In this document: one piece after another, positions 12,500-24,986 of the stretch
Numbering within the stretch: position 1 is the first letter of the stretch
How the letters are laid out: every line of letters begins with the position of its first letter
DNA from: Octopus sinensis
Taxonomy: Eukaryota
Direction: 5' to 3'
DNA length: 64,000 nucleotides
NCBI RefSeq assembly: GCF_006345805.1
Contig: NC_043007.1
Span: forward strand, 35,402,001 to 35,466,000
Program-made: the position numbers and the translations under genes
Notes under the pieces: generated by a model
What the model was told of the DNA's origin: nothing
The model's input: the letters and a program-made list of their open reading frames with translations, nothing else
Databases searched by the model: none

Positions 12500-12700
12500 T
12501 TTGTGCTTGAGGTTTTCCCCATCGCCGCTTGACATCTGACGTTGGTTTGTTTACGCGCCCGTAACATAGTGGTTCGGCATAAGATGCCGACAGAAGTACC
12601 AGACTTAAAAAAATAAGTACCGGGGTCAATTTCGTCTACTAAATTCTTCAAGGAGGAACCCTACCCTGCCTGCCGTTTGATGACTGAAACAAGTACAAAA
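12500..12700 (+). mobile_element. Degenerate SINE family 1 right monomer
   Basis: Similarity to 8120-8310, ending GACTGAAACAAGTA. Confidence 0.65.
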
Positions 12701-13054
12701 TAAAACCACGAAGCTTTGCTGTCAATGATTAAAAGATAGGGAAATGTAGTGGCGCGAAGACGCTTTACTTCTAGGGAACACGGTTATGTGCGGACAAGAG
12801 ATATTGGAAGACCACGAAGATGATGATGGTCGTGAGTGATGGTAAGGGCAATATATGCCTCTTAATGATCACCTATGAACTCCCTACCTCATGAATTTTC
12901 ATATATATATATATACACGTTTTGAGTTGAGTACTATTTATATGTGTGTGTATATGCATGTTTATACATATACATAAACACACACACGCTTTATATAACA
13001 TGCACATACATACATGCATGTATATTATAAAACTGAGTGAGAGCAAGAGGTGGG

Positions 13055-13085
<31 letters not shown>

Positions 13086-13371
13086 AAGAGGGAGAATATG
13101 TATTAATGCACGACACCACTTAGATTAGATTTATTCATATCCTCTACCAGTCGTTAAATCAGTTTAACTCTGAAAGGCTTTATCGACCGCTATAAAATGT
13201 ACATATGCTCTGACACTTTAATATCGATATCCAGAATATAATGCACAGAAAATATGTTTATCACACATGCACACAAAAGTAGTGGATGATAAATATTAAC
13301 TGAGAAAGAGTAAATGTTACAGTTGGAAAATCAGTCTTGACCCGTCAGAATGTACTGTGTAGCTATGTACC

Positions 13372-13778
13372 TATTTCTTTACTACCCACAAGGGGCTAAA
13401 CACAGAGGGGACGAACAAAGACAGACAGACGGATTAAGTCGATTATATCGACCCCAGTGCGTAACTGGTACATAATGTATTGACTCCGAAAGGATGAAAG
13501 CTAAAGTCGACCTCGGCGGAATTTGAACTCAGAACGTAGCGGCAGACGAAATACCTATTTCTTTACTACCCACAAGGGGCTATACACAGAGAGGACAGAC
13601 AGACGGATTAAGTCGATTATATCGACCCCAGTGCGTAACTGGTACTTAATTCATCGACCCCGAAAGGATGAAAGGCAAAGTCGACCTCGGTGGAATTTGA
13701 ATTCAGAACGTAACGGCAGACGAAATACCGCTAAGCATTTCGGCCGGCGTGCTAATGTTTCTGCCAGCTCGCCGCCTT
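13372..13778 (-). mobile_element. tRNA-derived SINE family 2 (GGCGGCGAGCTGGCAG head), partial dimer, 17-bp TSD
   Basis: TSD CTGTGTAG(C/T)TATGTACC at 13355-13371 and 13779-13795. The empty site is present in the paralogous arm at ~10050-10075. Confidence 0.92.
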
Positions 13779-14541
13779 CTGTGTAGTTATGTACCATCTA
13801 CAAGCAGTTATGCATGATGTAATCGTGAGATACATGAGGGACATCATGGTGGGTACGCAAGTTACATGGGATTTTGCATGATGTATGTGCGACCTGCAAA
13901 TAATTCTGCATGTTATGTATGCTTTGGTACATTTGTGTATTGTGTAGAAAGTGAATGAGCAATGAAACTGATTTTTTTTACAAAGTTTACAGACCTTTAG
14001 TTTACAGTTTTCAGTTAAAGTTTACAGTTTCATTAAGACTTGCTTTCAGGTCACAAACGGAGATGAGCTTATCTCATTATCAATCAATCCCATTATAACT
14101 CTCTCTTGCTGATTTAAGTCCTAATGCAGCCAGCCATTTATTGGATCAGATTTGTCTCTACATCAGGATCGCTGGCCCTTGTAGGCCATGTGGAATCCAG
14201 CGCTTTATTTTTCCCATGTATTTTGTAGATCTGAGATTCCATTTTATTTAGCTTGTGTTTTTATTTGTTTTTCTATCACAGTAGGTTCTTGTCTCACCTA
14301 GCTGAGCCTCAGTCTCGCTCATCTTCCTTCACAAATTTCTTTGCTTCTGATATTCTTTACATTTTATTCTTTTTCAATTTCCATGTTTGCAGACAAGTTT
14401 CTGTCCTTTACTTTCTATCTTTTTAGAGATAATTGCAGCTGCGTCAATCCACGCCCTCCATTCTTTCGTAAATTGCATAGTTTATTAACATCTGCCTTTG
14501 AGTGTTGCCTGCGGTGTATTGTGAAAAGCTTGCATATTTTT

Positions 14542-14850
14542 GTAGGTCACAACAGGTTCTTGTGTCGTTTGTAGGTCACAAAGGTTCTTGTGTCGTTTGT
14601 AGGTCACAAAGGTTCTTGTGTCGTTTGTAGGTCACAAAGGTTCTTGTGTCATTTGTAGGTCACAAAGGTTCTTGTGTCGTTTGTAGGTCACAAAGGTTCT
14701 TGTGTCGTTTGTAGGTCACAAAGGTTCTTGTGTCGTTTGTAGGTCACAAAGGTTCTTGTGTCGTTTGTAGGTCACAAAGGTTCTTGTGTCGTTTGTAGGT
14801 CACAAAGGTTCTTGTGTCGTTTGTAGGTCACAAAGGATCTTGTGTCGTTT
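14542..14850 (+). repeat. 28-bp minisatellite, ~11 copies
   Basis: Unit GTAGGTCACAAAGGTTCTTGTGTCGTTT, directly visible. Confidence 0.95.
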
Positions 14851-14887
14851 GTGGCACTCTTCAAGTATAAATTTATTGATTAAGAAG

Positions 14888-15160
14888 GTAGCGGCAGACG
14901 AAATACCTATTTCTTTACTACCCCCCACAAGGGGCTATACACAGAGAGGACAGACAGACGGATTGTCGATTATATCGACCCCAGTGCGTAACTGGTACTT
15001 AATTTATCGACCCCGAAAGGATGAAAGGCAAAGTCGACCTCGGTGGAATTTGAACTCAGAACATAACGGCAGACGAAATACCTATTTCTTTACTACCCAC
15101 AAGGGGCTATACACAGAGAGGACAGACAGACGGATTAAGTCGATTATATCGACCCCAGTG
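14888..15160 (-). mobile_element. SINE family 2 partial concatemer
   Basis: Body and tail units joined at GAAATACC|TATTTC. Confidence 0.85.
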
Positions 15161-15457
15161 TAGGTCACAACAGGTGTAGCTAAAGTATTGATTGCAATAA
15201 TACTATTTCTTGCATTAAGGATAACTCTAACTCTAATTAAGGATAGCTCTAACTCTATGATAACATTCTTTTTCTATTTTTTCGCGCATTTGTGATCGCT
15301 AGATGCTCTCTCTTTCATATATATATATATATTTTTTCAGGATCTAATTCGTTGATGATGGTAGGCTTGTCTACTTGTATGTTATTCGTTTTCAGGAGTT
15401 TTTGTTTGAAGTCTGTGATTTTAACACATTTATCAAGGCCGAACTCCATTCTAATAC

Positions 15458-15680
15458 CTATTTCTTTACTACCCACAAGGGGCTAAACACAGAGGGGACA
15501 AACAAGGACAGACAGACGGATGAAGTCGATTATATCGACCCCAGTGAGTAACTGGTACTTAATTTATCGACCCCGAAAGGATGAAAGGCAAAGTCGACCT
15601 CGGCAAAGAACGTAACGGCAGACGAAATACGGCTACGCATTTCGCCCAGCGTGCTAACGTTTCTGCCAGCTCACCGCCTT
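15458..15680 (-). mobile_element. SINE family 2 monomer
   Basis: Full head to tail, inserted in the Dong RT region. Confidence 0.88.
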
Positions 15681-16916
15681 CACTCCATTCTAATATCGTT
15701 ATTACTACAGGTATAAATCGTTCCAGTTGTTGATCATCTTCCGTGAAAAGCTTTGGATCATCCGTGTAAATGAGATCATTGATTTGTCGATCGTATTCTC
15801 TTTACTCATCTTTCGTGTCATTCAACAGCTTAGGGGATGAGAACCACGCAAAAGAGTAGTGGTGATAGGGAATCATTTTGAAACATTCCACAGTTTATGT
15901 AGATGTCACCAGCGTTCATAGTACCTGTCTCTGGATTCAGTATAGATGTTTTTCGTTGCTTCATACTATTCGAGAGAAAAATTACCAAAAGCTGGAAAGA
16001 TCTTATTTATATCCAAGCATTTTTTCAATCAAGCTGAGGGGAAGGCTGTCAAACGCATTTTTGTAATAAATCCACGCAATACAAAGGTTCTTGTGTCGTT
16101 TGTGGCACTCTTCAAGTATAAATTTATTGATTAAAAGTTAGCCTCTACAACTATACGTGCCACGTTTATAGTCTTTGTGTTCGATGTGGAATATCTTATT
16201 ATCCACCAGGAAAGTATATATGTATTCAGTAATGATAGCTGTCAGTATTTTATATATGGTTATAAGATTAGGAAACCACGTTGACAAAGCGTGTCTGTTC
16301 ATAGGTATGTCAATCCCCGCAGACTGCAACGTTTTTGTGAAAACGTTTGAAAAATTAACTAAATATAAGGAATTTGAAATAGAGGTCTCAAAAATGTGAC
16401 ATCTAAGAACAACTGTTCCGGTGATCCTGTGATCGGAGCTTTGGGGACAAAGCCAAATGGTGTTCTTAAACACCATGACCAAATATCAGGAAACCGAAAA
16501 GTATCAGAACTATAAAAAATAAATTGGTCTTTTGGGTTTCACCCACATCCTAAGAAAAACATTTTCAACTTGAAACTACCTGATTCTCTTAAATCTCTTC
16601 CAGTTCTGAAATACTACAAAGTTCTCAGATTCGGGTCTCCTTCCCAGGCAATGTATCATTGCTAATCAGTATAGAAAACGGAGCGTGCAAAATTGCAACG
16701 CCAGAAACAAATATATGATCCTTATGTAAAAGATAACAATCGAAATAAAAGCCAGACTTTACTATTCAAGTCTCCCAAATAAAAGAAAATGCATAATTAG
16801 TCACGAGAGGATTACAACTCTACACTAAATGTTTATTTTACAGCTACACTCTACCCCGAGACGATACTAGTTCGGCATACACATATATATAAAAATAAAA
16901 TTATTTTTATCTGAAA

Positions 16917-17297
16917 CTAGTAGTATCGCCTGGCGTTGCTCGGGTTTGTTTCGACCCTTTAGAACTGGAATTTTTGAAAAGTAAAAATTTTGCAATATGT
17001 AGCTTGTTAAGAGAACATTTTTCTGGTTGAAATACACCGAAAAATGGCGACACAGCAGTCAAAAAATCATAAAAAATAGGGATTTTCATAGAAAAAAAGC
17101 ACCCTTTTGATGTAAATAATGTTTGGTCTTAACATGATCCGATTTGAATTTTTTTCTTCCACGGAAGGAAGAGCACGCCTTCTATCATACTCTCAATTTT
17201 GGTCGACTTACGTCGCAGGGTCTCTGAGGAGATAGAGTTAGTTGAAGGCTACCAAACCTGCCATACACAGACAACTTCAGCTTTATATATAGAGAGA
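16917..17297 (-). mobile_element. Non-autonomous Helitron
   Basis: On the minus strand: A|TC 5' end, 3' hairpin CCCGAGCAACGCC(A)GG and CTAG|T end. Confidence 0.85.
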
Positions 17298-18529
17298 TTA
17301 AATTCTAATTGTTTACCTAATTCAGGAAGGTACATTCTGATTACGAAGAAGATATCAGAGAGAAACAAAACACTTAGAAGAACAAATATAAAATAGAAAA
17401 ATCAAATTAAAAGAGAAAAAGAAAAATGATAAAAACATTAAAGCCCAGAATGTAAATAGAAAAGAGAAATCAGTACATGCAAAACAAACGAAATAGGTTG
17501 CAAAACCTCAGTATAACTGAAGAATACTGACCAATAGATGAACCAGAACGAAATCAGTCAACATCCGATTAAATTGAAATATGACAAACATTTGGGAATG
17601 GACAATTCTAAAGATGGAAATGTTGAATATGGCAATAATCTAAATGTGGAAATAACAAAAGATTTAAAATCGATAAAAAAAATTGCTATGGACCATTGCT
17701 ATGCATCACTCTAATGATATAACTTAACGATAAAATGGCACTAGTCATTAGAGAGGCAAACCTGGTCATTGAAGAATTAGTGAAAATAGATGCAAACATC
17801 AATGCCGTCAGGAAAATCATACGACATAAATAACATCCACAGCAATCGAAAAGGAAAGTGGATATTTTCTGAAAACTACTTCATATAGAAAAAAAACATG
17901 TAAACATGGACAAACAGCATGAAAAAAATGCTATAAATATAATAGAGAAAGATTGAATTTCGGAGAAATGTTTCACAATTCTTAATGAAATAAATAACAA
18001 AAAAACCCCAAATATTTGAAGCAGAAAGGCATACAAATATTATAGAAATACAAAATAATTACAAATAAATAAATAAATAAATAGAAATAAGGAAAAACAA
18101 AAGAATGTAGCTTAAATCAAGGAACGCCTGAAACAAGAGATTCTTGTTCTAAATCTACAAAAAAGAAAATGATAAATAAATATCTTCAAAAATACGTTTT
18201 TGCGAAAAGCGACAACAATTCTTTGAACAAAAACAAACAGCTTTAAACTTCACCCGAAAGCGATTTTATTAAAGAACTTATGTAATATCAAAATAAAATA
18301 ATAGTTGCAGTACCAGCAGCAAGTGAAGCAGAATTGTGAGGGTTGGGAGAGGTATAAGCAGTAGATGAATCATCACGGATATAAACAAAAAAATGGAAAA
18401 CAAATGAAGATCCCGAACAATGGCGGCTGAGACGCTACAAAAAGACAAGAAAAGGAAAGAACAAAGCATAACGAAGACCTAACAAAGCATAGACAATGTA
18501 CTAACGAAATATATATATCTTTATCTTTT

Positions 18530-18760
18530 GTCCTTCATTTGTTTCAGTCTTTTGACTGCGGCCAAGAAGGGGAACCGCCTTGAAGGGTTTAGTAGAAAAA
18601 AATCAACCCCCGGTATGCTTTTTTTTATTATTTGATTTTAAAATCTGCTACTTATTCTATTGGTCTTGTCTTTACCGAACCGCTACGTCACGAGGACATA
18701 AACGAATCAACATCGCCCGTGAAGCGGTGGGCGTAAAAACTAAAAGACATACACAAACAC
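18530..18760 (-). mobile_element. Degenerate SINE family 1 right monomer
   Basis: Similarity to 435-640. Confidence 0.65.
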
Positions 18761-18801
18761 ACATTCAAACATACGACATATATGTGTGCGTATGCGTGTG
18801 T

Positions 18802-18865
<64 letters not shown>

Positions 18866-19646
18866 TTCAAAAATTTAACACAGGCACAACAAACGTAAAT
18901 ATTATAAAAAACATAAACAGAAAATTCGTAGCTTATTCCTCATCAGTCAACATCCAAAAGATCATTACAATTTCGCGCCTTTAACGTTGAACGTTGATAT
19001 TATTAACTCTTGGTGACGCCAGTGACAAAAAGCCACTGGAAATAGCTAACGAATGTACAGGACAACGAAGAAAACAAACACGACAAACTAAAACATACAT
19101 ATACATGCGGCCTCAAGACATTGAAATATAAAGCAAAGGAAAATGAAAATGTCCTGTAGGACTGGAGACTATAAAAGGACATATATATATACAAAATATT
19201 ATTAAAATTAATATTAATATCCTCGAAAGTATGTTAACACAACGTTATCAAGTCTTTCCAGAATTAGTGAAATTCAAATTGAACATCTGAAATATTACCA
19301 GTTGATAGACGCTAACAAAAATAACACCAAACCGAATTCAACCTCAGACACTCCTTCAACTAATGGTGACGTCATTGGATAACGAAAATGTTTTATAAAA
19401 ATAAAAATTAAGAAATAAACATATTTAAGAAAAATACATTTTTGTATTCAACTATTGATGAAGTGGAAGCTCTCACTTATGTTCCAGATTACGGTTAACC
19501 GCATCGATTAATATTTAATGTCTATAGCCACTATGGGTTGTCGCTCATGCTGTAAAGTCTGCACGAGTGAGAACCCTGTATGAAATTATTAAATAAAAGA
19601 AAATGATTTTGTCGATGTTACCATTCTCCATATTCTTTATCGTTAT

Positions 19647-20249
19647 AGGCGTAGGAGTGGCTGTGTGGTAAGTAGCTTGCTTACCAACCACATGGTTCCG
19701 GGTTCAGTCCCACTGCGTGGCACCTTGGGCAAGTGTCTTCTACTATAGCCTCGGGCCGAACAAAGCCTTGTGAGTGGATTTGGTTGACAGAAACTGAAAG
19801 AAGCCCGTCGTATATATATATATATATATATACATATATATTTATAAAAATATGGTAAAGTAAAAAAATTCACTTTACCACACACCGAACTTTTCAGAAA
19901 TAGCAGCCAAAAATATGGCTATTTCTTCAACTGCAAATAAAAGTCTCCAGACAATGCATACTCAGAAAATAACTCACATAGGTATAAGGGTATACCTATG
20001 TGAGTTATACCTATGTGAGTTATTTTCTGAGTATGCATTGTCTGGAGACTTTTATTTGCAGTTGAAGAAATAGCCATATTTTTGGCTGCTATTTCTGAAA
20101 AGTTCGGTGTGTGGTAAAGTGAATTTTTTTACTTTACCATATTTTTATAAATTAATACTTCAAATACACCGTAAATGGTCTTTACATACCGAATACTGCT
20201 TGGTCGAATTTATTAACAATTAATTAATTCTACCCCCTTTTTTGATGAC

Positions 20250-20280
<31 letters not shown>

Positions 20281-20628
20281 ATATGTTTGTGTGTCTGTGT
20301 TTGTCCCTCCAACATCACTTGTCAACCGATGCTGGTGTGTTTACGTCTCTGTAACTTAGCGGTCCATTGGACACTTTGCAACAATTGAGTTAAATAAGCG
20401 AATAACGAGAGAAAAAAATGGAAAACAAATCAAGTAATACAAAGAATACAAAGAACGATTCTTCATCAGTTGTTGGCTGTCTATCTGTTCCCCATTTCGA
20501 GTAATCAACGGCAAAACAGACCGATAGAATAAGTACTAAGTCCTGGGGTCGATTTCCTCGACTAAAGGCGGTGCTCCAGCATGACCACAGTCAAATGACT
20601 GAAACAAGTAAACGAGTAAAAGAGTAAG
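19647..20628 (+). mobile_element. SINE family 1 dimer with nested insertions
   Basis: Left monomer 19647-19810, palindrome in the linker, right monomer 20290-20628 split by an insert at ~20364-20509. Confidence 0.85.
19841..20151. repeat. Near-perfect ~145-bp-arm palindrome
   Basis: 19841-19986 is the reverse complement of ~20006-20151, with a short central spacer and a 15-bp duplication. Confidence 0.92.
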
Positions 20629-21049
20629 AGTATAATTATTGCTTAGGAAAATTGCAGCGTTAAATCTCAGACAGGTTGGCTATCTCTACATTATTAATTA
20701 TTTCCTTCATGTCGTGTTGCATTGTATTTATACTTCGTGGCATATATTTCAGAAGATTCTGTATCCTTTCTTCATAGCTATTTCAATCAATCCATTAATT
20801 GTTGGTATGGCATACAATTGTCCTTCCTCTCCTATATTATAGAAGGTATTGATTGACGTCTTCGGTCAGCCTTCATTATCAGCAGCGACGGATGATTTAA
20901 ATATCTTTAACCCTTTCAGCCTGCGTGCATGCTTTCTTTAGACGGTACGATTTCGTTCGGATTTAAAGCCCCCCTGGAAGGGGTGAAATTGGCCGACCAC
21001 ATGATTATGAATTCACGACTGAAAATAACGATGCCTTCTACCAATTACT

Positions 21050-21483
21050 CTTTTACTTGTTTCAGTCATTTGACTGTGGCCATGGTGGAGCACCGCCTTT
21101 AATCGAGCAAATCGACCCCGGGACTAATTCTTTATAAGCCTAGTACTTATTCTATTGGTCGCTTTTGCAGAACCGCTAAGTTACGGGGACGTAAACACAC
21201 CAGCATCGGTTATCAAGCGATGTTGGGTGGACAAACACAGACACACAAACTTATACACACATATATATACATATATAATTGACTGTGGCCATGGTGGAGC
21301 ACCGCCTTTTAGTCGAGCAAATCGATCCCAGGACTTATTCTTTGTAAGCCTAGTACTTATTCTATCGGTCTGTTTTGCCGAACCGCTAAGTTACGAAGAC
21401 GTAAACAAATCAGCATCGGTTGTGAAGCGATGTTGGTGGGAGTGGGGACAAAAACAGACAGACACACACACACACACACACAC

Positions 21484-21521
<38 letters not shown>

Positions 21522-21682
21522 CACGACAAGCTCCTTTCAGTTTCCGTCTACCAAATCCACTCACAAGACTTTGGTCGGCCCGAGGCTATAGCAGAAGATA
21601 CTTGCCCAAGGTGCCACGCAGTGGGACTGAACTCGGAATCATGTGGCTGATAAGCTAGCTACTTATCATACAGCCACTCCTA
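21050..21682 (-). mobile_element. SINE family 1 with duplicated right monomer
   Basis: Two right-monomer segments (21050-21240, 21280-21450) and a left monomer at 21522-21682. Confidence 0.85.
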
Positions 21683-21934
21683 CGTCTAACGATAAACAAG
21701 CAAACAAACATACAAACAAACAGAAAAGCATGTAGGACCCCCGACACACATTCTATGTTCTTACCTTTTCCAATCGTATAATCTGATGAAATCACACCTG
21801 GTAAATCGTAATCATACGACGGCTTCAAAGAGTTATATTTAACCAAATTCTTATTTTTGTCTTACAGTATCTTAGAAAAAAAAATCAAGATTATTATCTT
21901 TCTCATCAGAGCACACCAATTTAACTTTTTATCT

Positions 21935-22350
21935 TTATTCTTTCAATTGTTTCATTCATTAGACTGCGTCCATGCTGGGGCACGGCCTTGAAGAATTTCA
22001 GTCGAACTAATCAACCCCAGTACTTGTTTTGTTTTTAAGCCTTGTACTTATTCCATTGATCTTGTCTTTTGCCGAACCGCTATATACAGGGAAGGAGACG
22101 CCATCAATACTGATTGCCAATCGGTGGCGGGGACAAAGACAGACACAAACACAGACACACATAAACATACATATATACATACATACGACGGGTTTCTTTC
22201 AGTTCCTGTCTACCAAATCCACTCACAAGGCTTTGGTCGGCCCGAGGCTGCAGTACAAAACACTTAGACAAGGTGCCATGCTGTGCGATTGAATACAGGA
22301 CCATGTGGTTGGGAAAGAAACTTCTTACCACGCAGCCACGCCTGTGCCTA
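21935..22350 (-). mobile_element. Older SINE family 1 dimer
   Basis: Both monomers are recognisable but diverged. Confidence 0.75.
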
Positions 22351-22811
22351 TTCTGGTAGTCTTTTATCTTCACAGGTTTCATGGCGTCACAGCTATAAAC
22401 CTCTTCACCATAGCCAGTACACAGATAAGATCGTTTTAGTTAATAATGCTACAGATCCGAAATTCAAATATTCTTGAGACTATTGTCGCTACTTCTTAGT
22501 ATAAGCTATTGACATGAGGCTTACCAAACGTTTTGTGCAACTTACGCAGTAAATACACAACTGTCAGTAGTACACCGACTGACACCTTTTCGGTTGTTAT
22601 GGACATTGATTAATTACTAGTTGTTATTAATCAATTTTCTCTCGACTTGACGACGTCGGACAAGCTGGCGCTGTTAGAATATTCAGCCAAGCATTTTCAC
22701 AACCCAAACCGTAATTAAAACGGAGCAAAGGTCTATATAAAATATAGAATGCTATAAAACGACAACTCTAATTATGGATAATATATTTGGAACTATAAAT
22801 ATGGTAGCAGT

Positions 22812-23110
22812 GAAGGCGCAATGGCTCAGTGGTTAGGGCAGCGAACTCGCGGTCGGAGGATCGCGGTTTCAATTCCCGGACCGGGTGTTGTGTGTGTTTA
22901 TGGAGCGAAAACACCTAAAGCTCCACGAGGCTCCGGCAGGGGGTGTTGGCGATCCCTGTTGTACTCTTTCGCCACAACTTTCTCTCACTCTGTCTTCCTG
23001 TTTCTTGAGTAACGCTGCGATGGACTGGCGTCCCGTCCAGCTGGAGGGAACACATTCGCCATAAAAACCGGGAAACCGGGCCCATGAGCCTGGCTAAGCT
23101 TGAAAAGGGC
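22812..23110 (+). mobile_element. SINE family 3
   Basis: Homologous to 137-423. Confidence 0.8.
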
Positions 23111-23204
23111 GAGAAAAAATATAGTAGCATCTAGTATCAGGCAAATGAATAATTCAACAGTGTATCTTGAAGCAAACACAGCTATAAATGATTCTTTCTA
23201 ATTT

Positions 23205-23545
23205 TGGCACAAGGCTTGCTGTTTTGAAGGATGGAGGCAAGTCGATTACATCGATCTCTGTAGTTGATTGCTACCCTATTTTATCGTTCCCAAAAGGATG
23301 AAAGGCAAAGTCAGCGTTGGCGGGATTCGAGCTCAGAACGTAAAGAGCCGGAAGAAATGCTACTAAGTAATTTATCCGGTGTGCTGCCGATTCTGCCTGC
23401 TCTTCGCTTTAATAGATCTATAAATAATCCTTTCTGTTATAGGCACAAGGCCCGAAATACATCGACTCCAGTGCTTAATTAGTACTTACTTTATCGACTT
23501 GTAAAAGATGAAAGGCAATGTCAACCTCGGCAGAGTTTGAACGTA
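23205..23545 (-). mobile_element. Old SINE family 2 variant fragments
   Basis: AAGGATGAAAGGCAAAGTC body and GGCACAAGGC tail variant. Confidence 0.6.
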
Positions 23546-23615
23546 GGATTTTGGGTTATCTATCTCTGTGTGATATCTGCACTTGTAGGGTGCCTCACAC
23601 ATTTCCCTACAATGT

Positions 23616-24008
23616 TGTAGAAGGGAATAAAACGACAGGAACACGAATAGCTGAACAAATAACAATAATAGTTTATTGTTTTCACCGAAGGAGAGACTTC
23701 ATCGCTGGTCATCGGTAACATGAAACGCCAGGGTTAGAAAAACAGCAGAGTCGGATTAAATCACCAATAGTCTTCACTGCCCGCGGAGTCTGGTTTGCCC
23801 CTTCGCTCGGAGCCTTGTCGGGACACATCTTAATTTATCGACCGCCAAGAGCCAAGAGGATTGGATTGGAATAGCGGGAAAGGCTAACTGCTTCTGACAA
23901 CTGCGCATGTGCATCAGGGGACTTCCGGCAGCCTATCCGAAGACACCAAACATTGCACATGCGTAGATGGACATCCCAAAATGGCGTCTAAAACCTGGCG
24001 TCACTACA
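23616..24008 (-). mobile_element. Probable solo LTR
   Basis: TGTAG...CTACA termini, imperfect 4-bp TSD (ATGT/ATAT), AATAAA on the minus strand, GC-richer than the flanks, no ORF. Confidence 0.6.
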
Positions 24009-24276
24009 ATATAAAGACGGACGAAATACCGCTGAATAGTTTATTTGATGTACTGCCGATTCTTCTAGCTTGCCGATTTGCTACAGCTATAAAAAAATAG
24101 CTTGTAATACGTTGGTTTAAAATGTTCATTGGATGGAAAAAAGCTGGAAGACTACCCGCGGGACTCAAACACGCATGTTCTGTATCAATGACAGACGTAT
24201 TACTAACCAGTTGCAGCAAGGTAACTTGGTTTCTTTTTGCTCGAATAAATTAATTTGTTTAACGATCAGTTAAAAA

Positions 24277-24309
<33 letters not shown>

Positions 24310-24517
24310 AAGAAAGAAAACAGAGCAAGAAAGAAAGAAAAAAAGTAAGCATTGCATCAGCCGTTTTACTGTCTGCTGAGTAATTCCAACAAATGGTAAA
24401 TTATCGTAACTATATTATGTTTTAGGAGGCGATATAAAATTATATAAACTGATTATATATAAACTAGAAATGTCTATCAACAAATTGGATTTTACTGTAT
24501 TATTTTATGCATTTTTA

Positions 24518-24980
24518 AGGCGGCTAGCTGGCAGAAAATCATTTAAACGTCGGAGAGATTGCGGAGTAGTATTTGTTTCGACTCATAACGTTTGAGTTCA
24601 GATGCCGCCGTGATCAATTTTACCTCAAGGGACTGATAAAATAAAGTACTTATCAAGTATTGTGGTCGATAGTATCGACTATCCCCATCACCTCCTGAAA
24701 TTGCTGTTTTTGTGTCACAATTTGAAAAGAAATGATTATATGCACTTTTAAAGCGGTGAGTTAGTAGAATTGTTAGAGCGTCTGACAAAATTCGTAATGG
24801 TTTTTTCTCGTGTCACAGCTATAAATCTCTTCACTTAGCCAGTACACAGATAAGATCGTTTTAGTTAATGATGCTACAGATCCAAAATTCAAATATTCTT
24901 GAGAATATTGTCTTGAGAATATGTTGCGTTCAAATTCTGTCAGGGTCGACTTTACGTTTCATCCTCCCCGGATTGATAAA
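24518..24980 (+). mobile_element. Two old SINE family 2-like copies
   Basis: GCGGCTAGCTGGCAG head and GTCGACTTT...TCATCC body remnants. Confidence 0.5.
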
Positions 24981-24986
24981 ATAAAT

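Larger units (their letters stand above)
9925..13925. repeat. ~410-bp long inverted repeat pair (9925-10333 and 13094-13925)
   Basis: Arms match in reverse complement by eye. The right arm carries an extra SINE family 2 insertion. Confidence 0.85.
14040..16620. mobile_element. R4/Dong LINE with inverted 5' part (14040-16270 on -, 16275-16620 on +)
   Basis: Minus strand: YKILTAII, AWIYYKNAFDSLP, GMFQNDSLSPLLFC, YTDDPKL, MEFGLDKC, INTLATPVVTY, RKNGGRGL. Plus strand: RLE part ACLFIGMSIP...KLTKYKEFEIEVSKM...IGALG. Confidence 0.8.

Noticed and set aside
14542-14850. CRISPR-like 28-bp repeats
   Set aside because: The repeats are contiguous with no spacers, there are no cas genes, and the context is eukaryotic.
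17400-18500. A-rich, strand-biased stretch resembling a decayed retroelement ORF
   Set aside because: No diagnostic motif could be read, so it was left unclassified.
18925-18960. CTGATGAGG...CGAAT on the minus strand
   Set aside because: GAAA is broken and there is no stem I or stem III complementarity.
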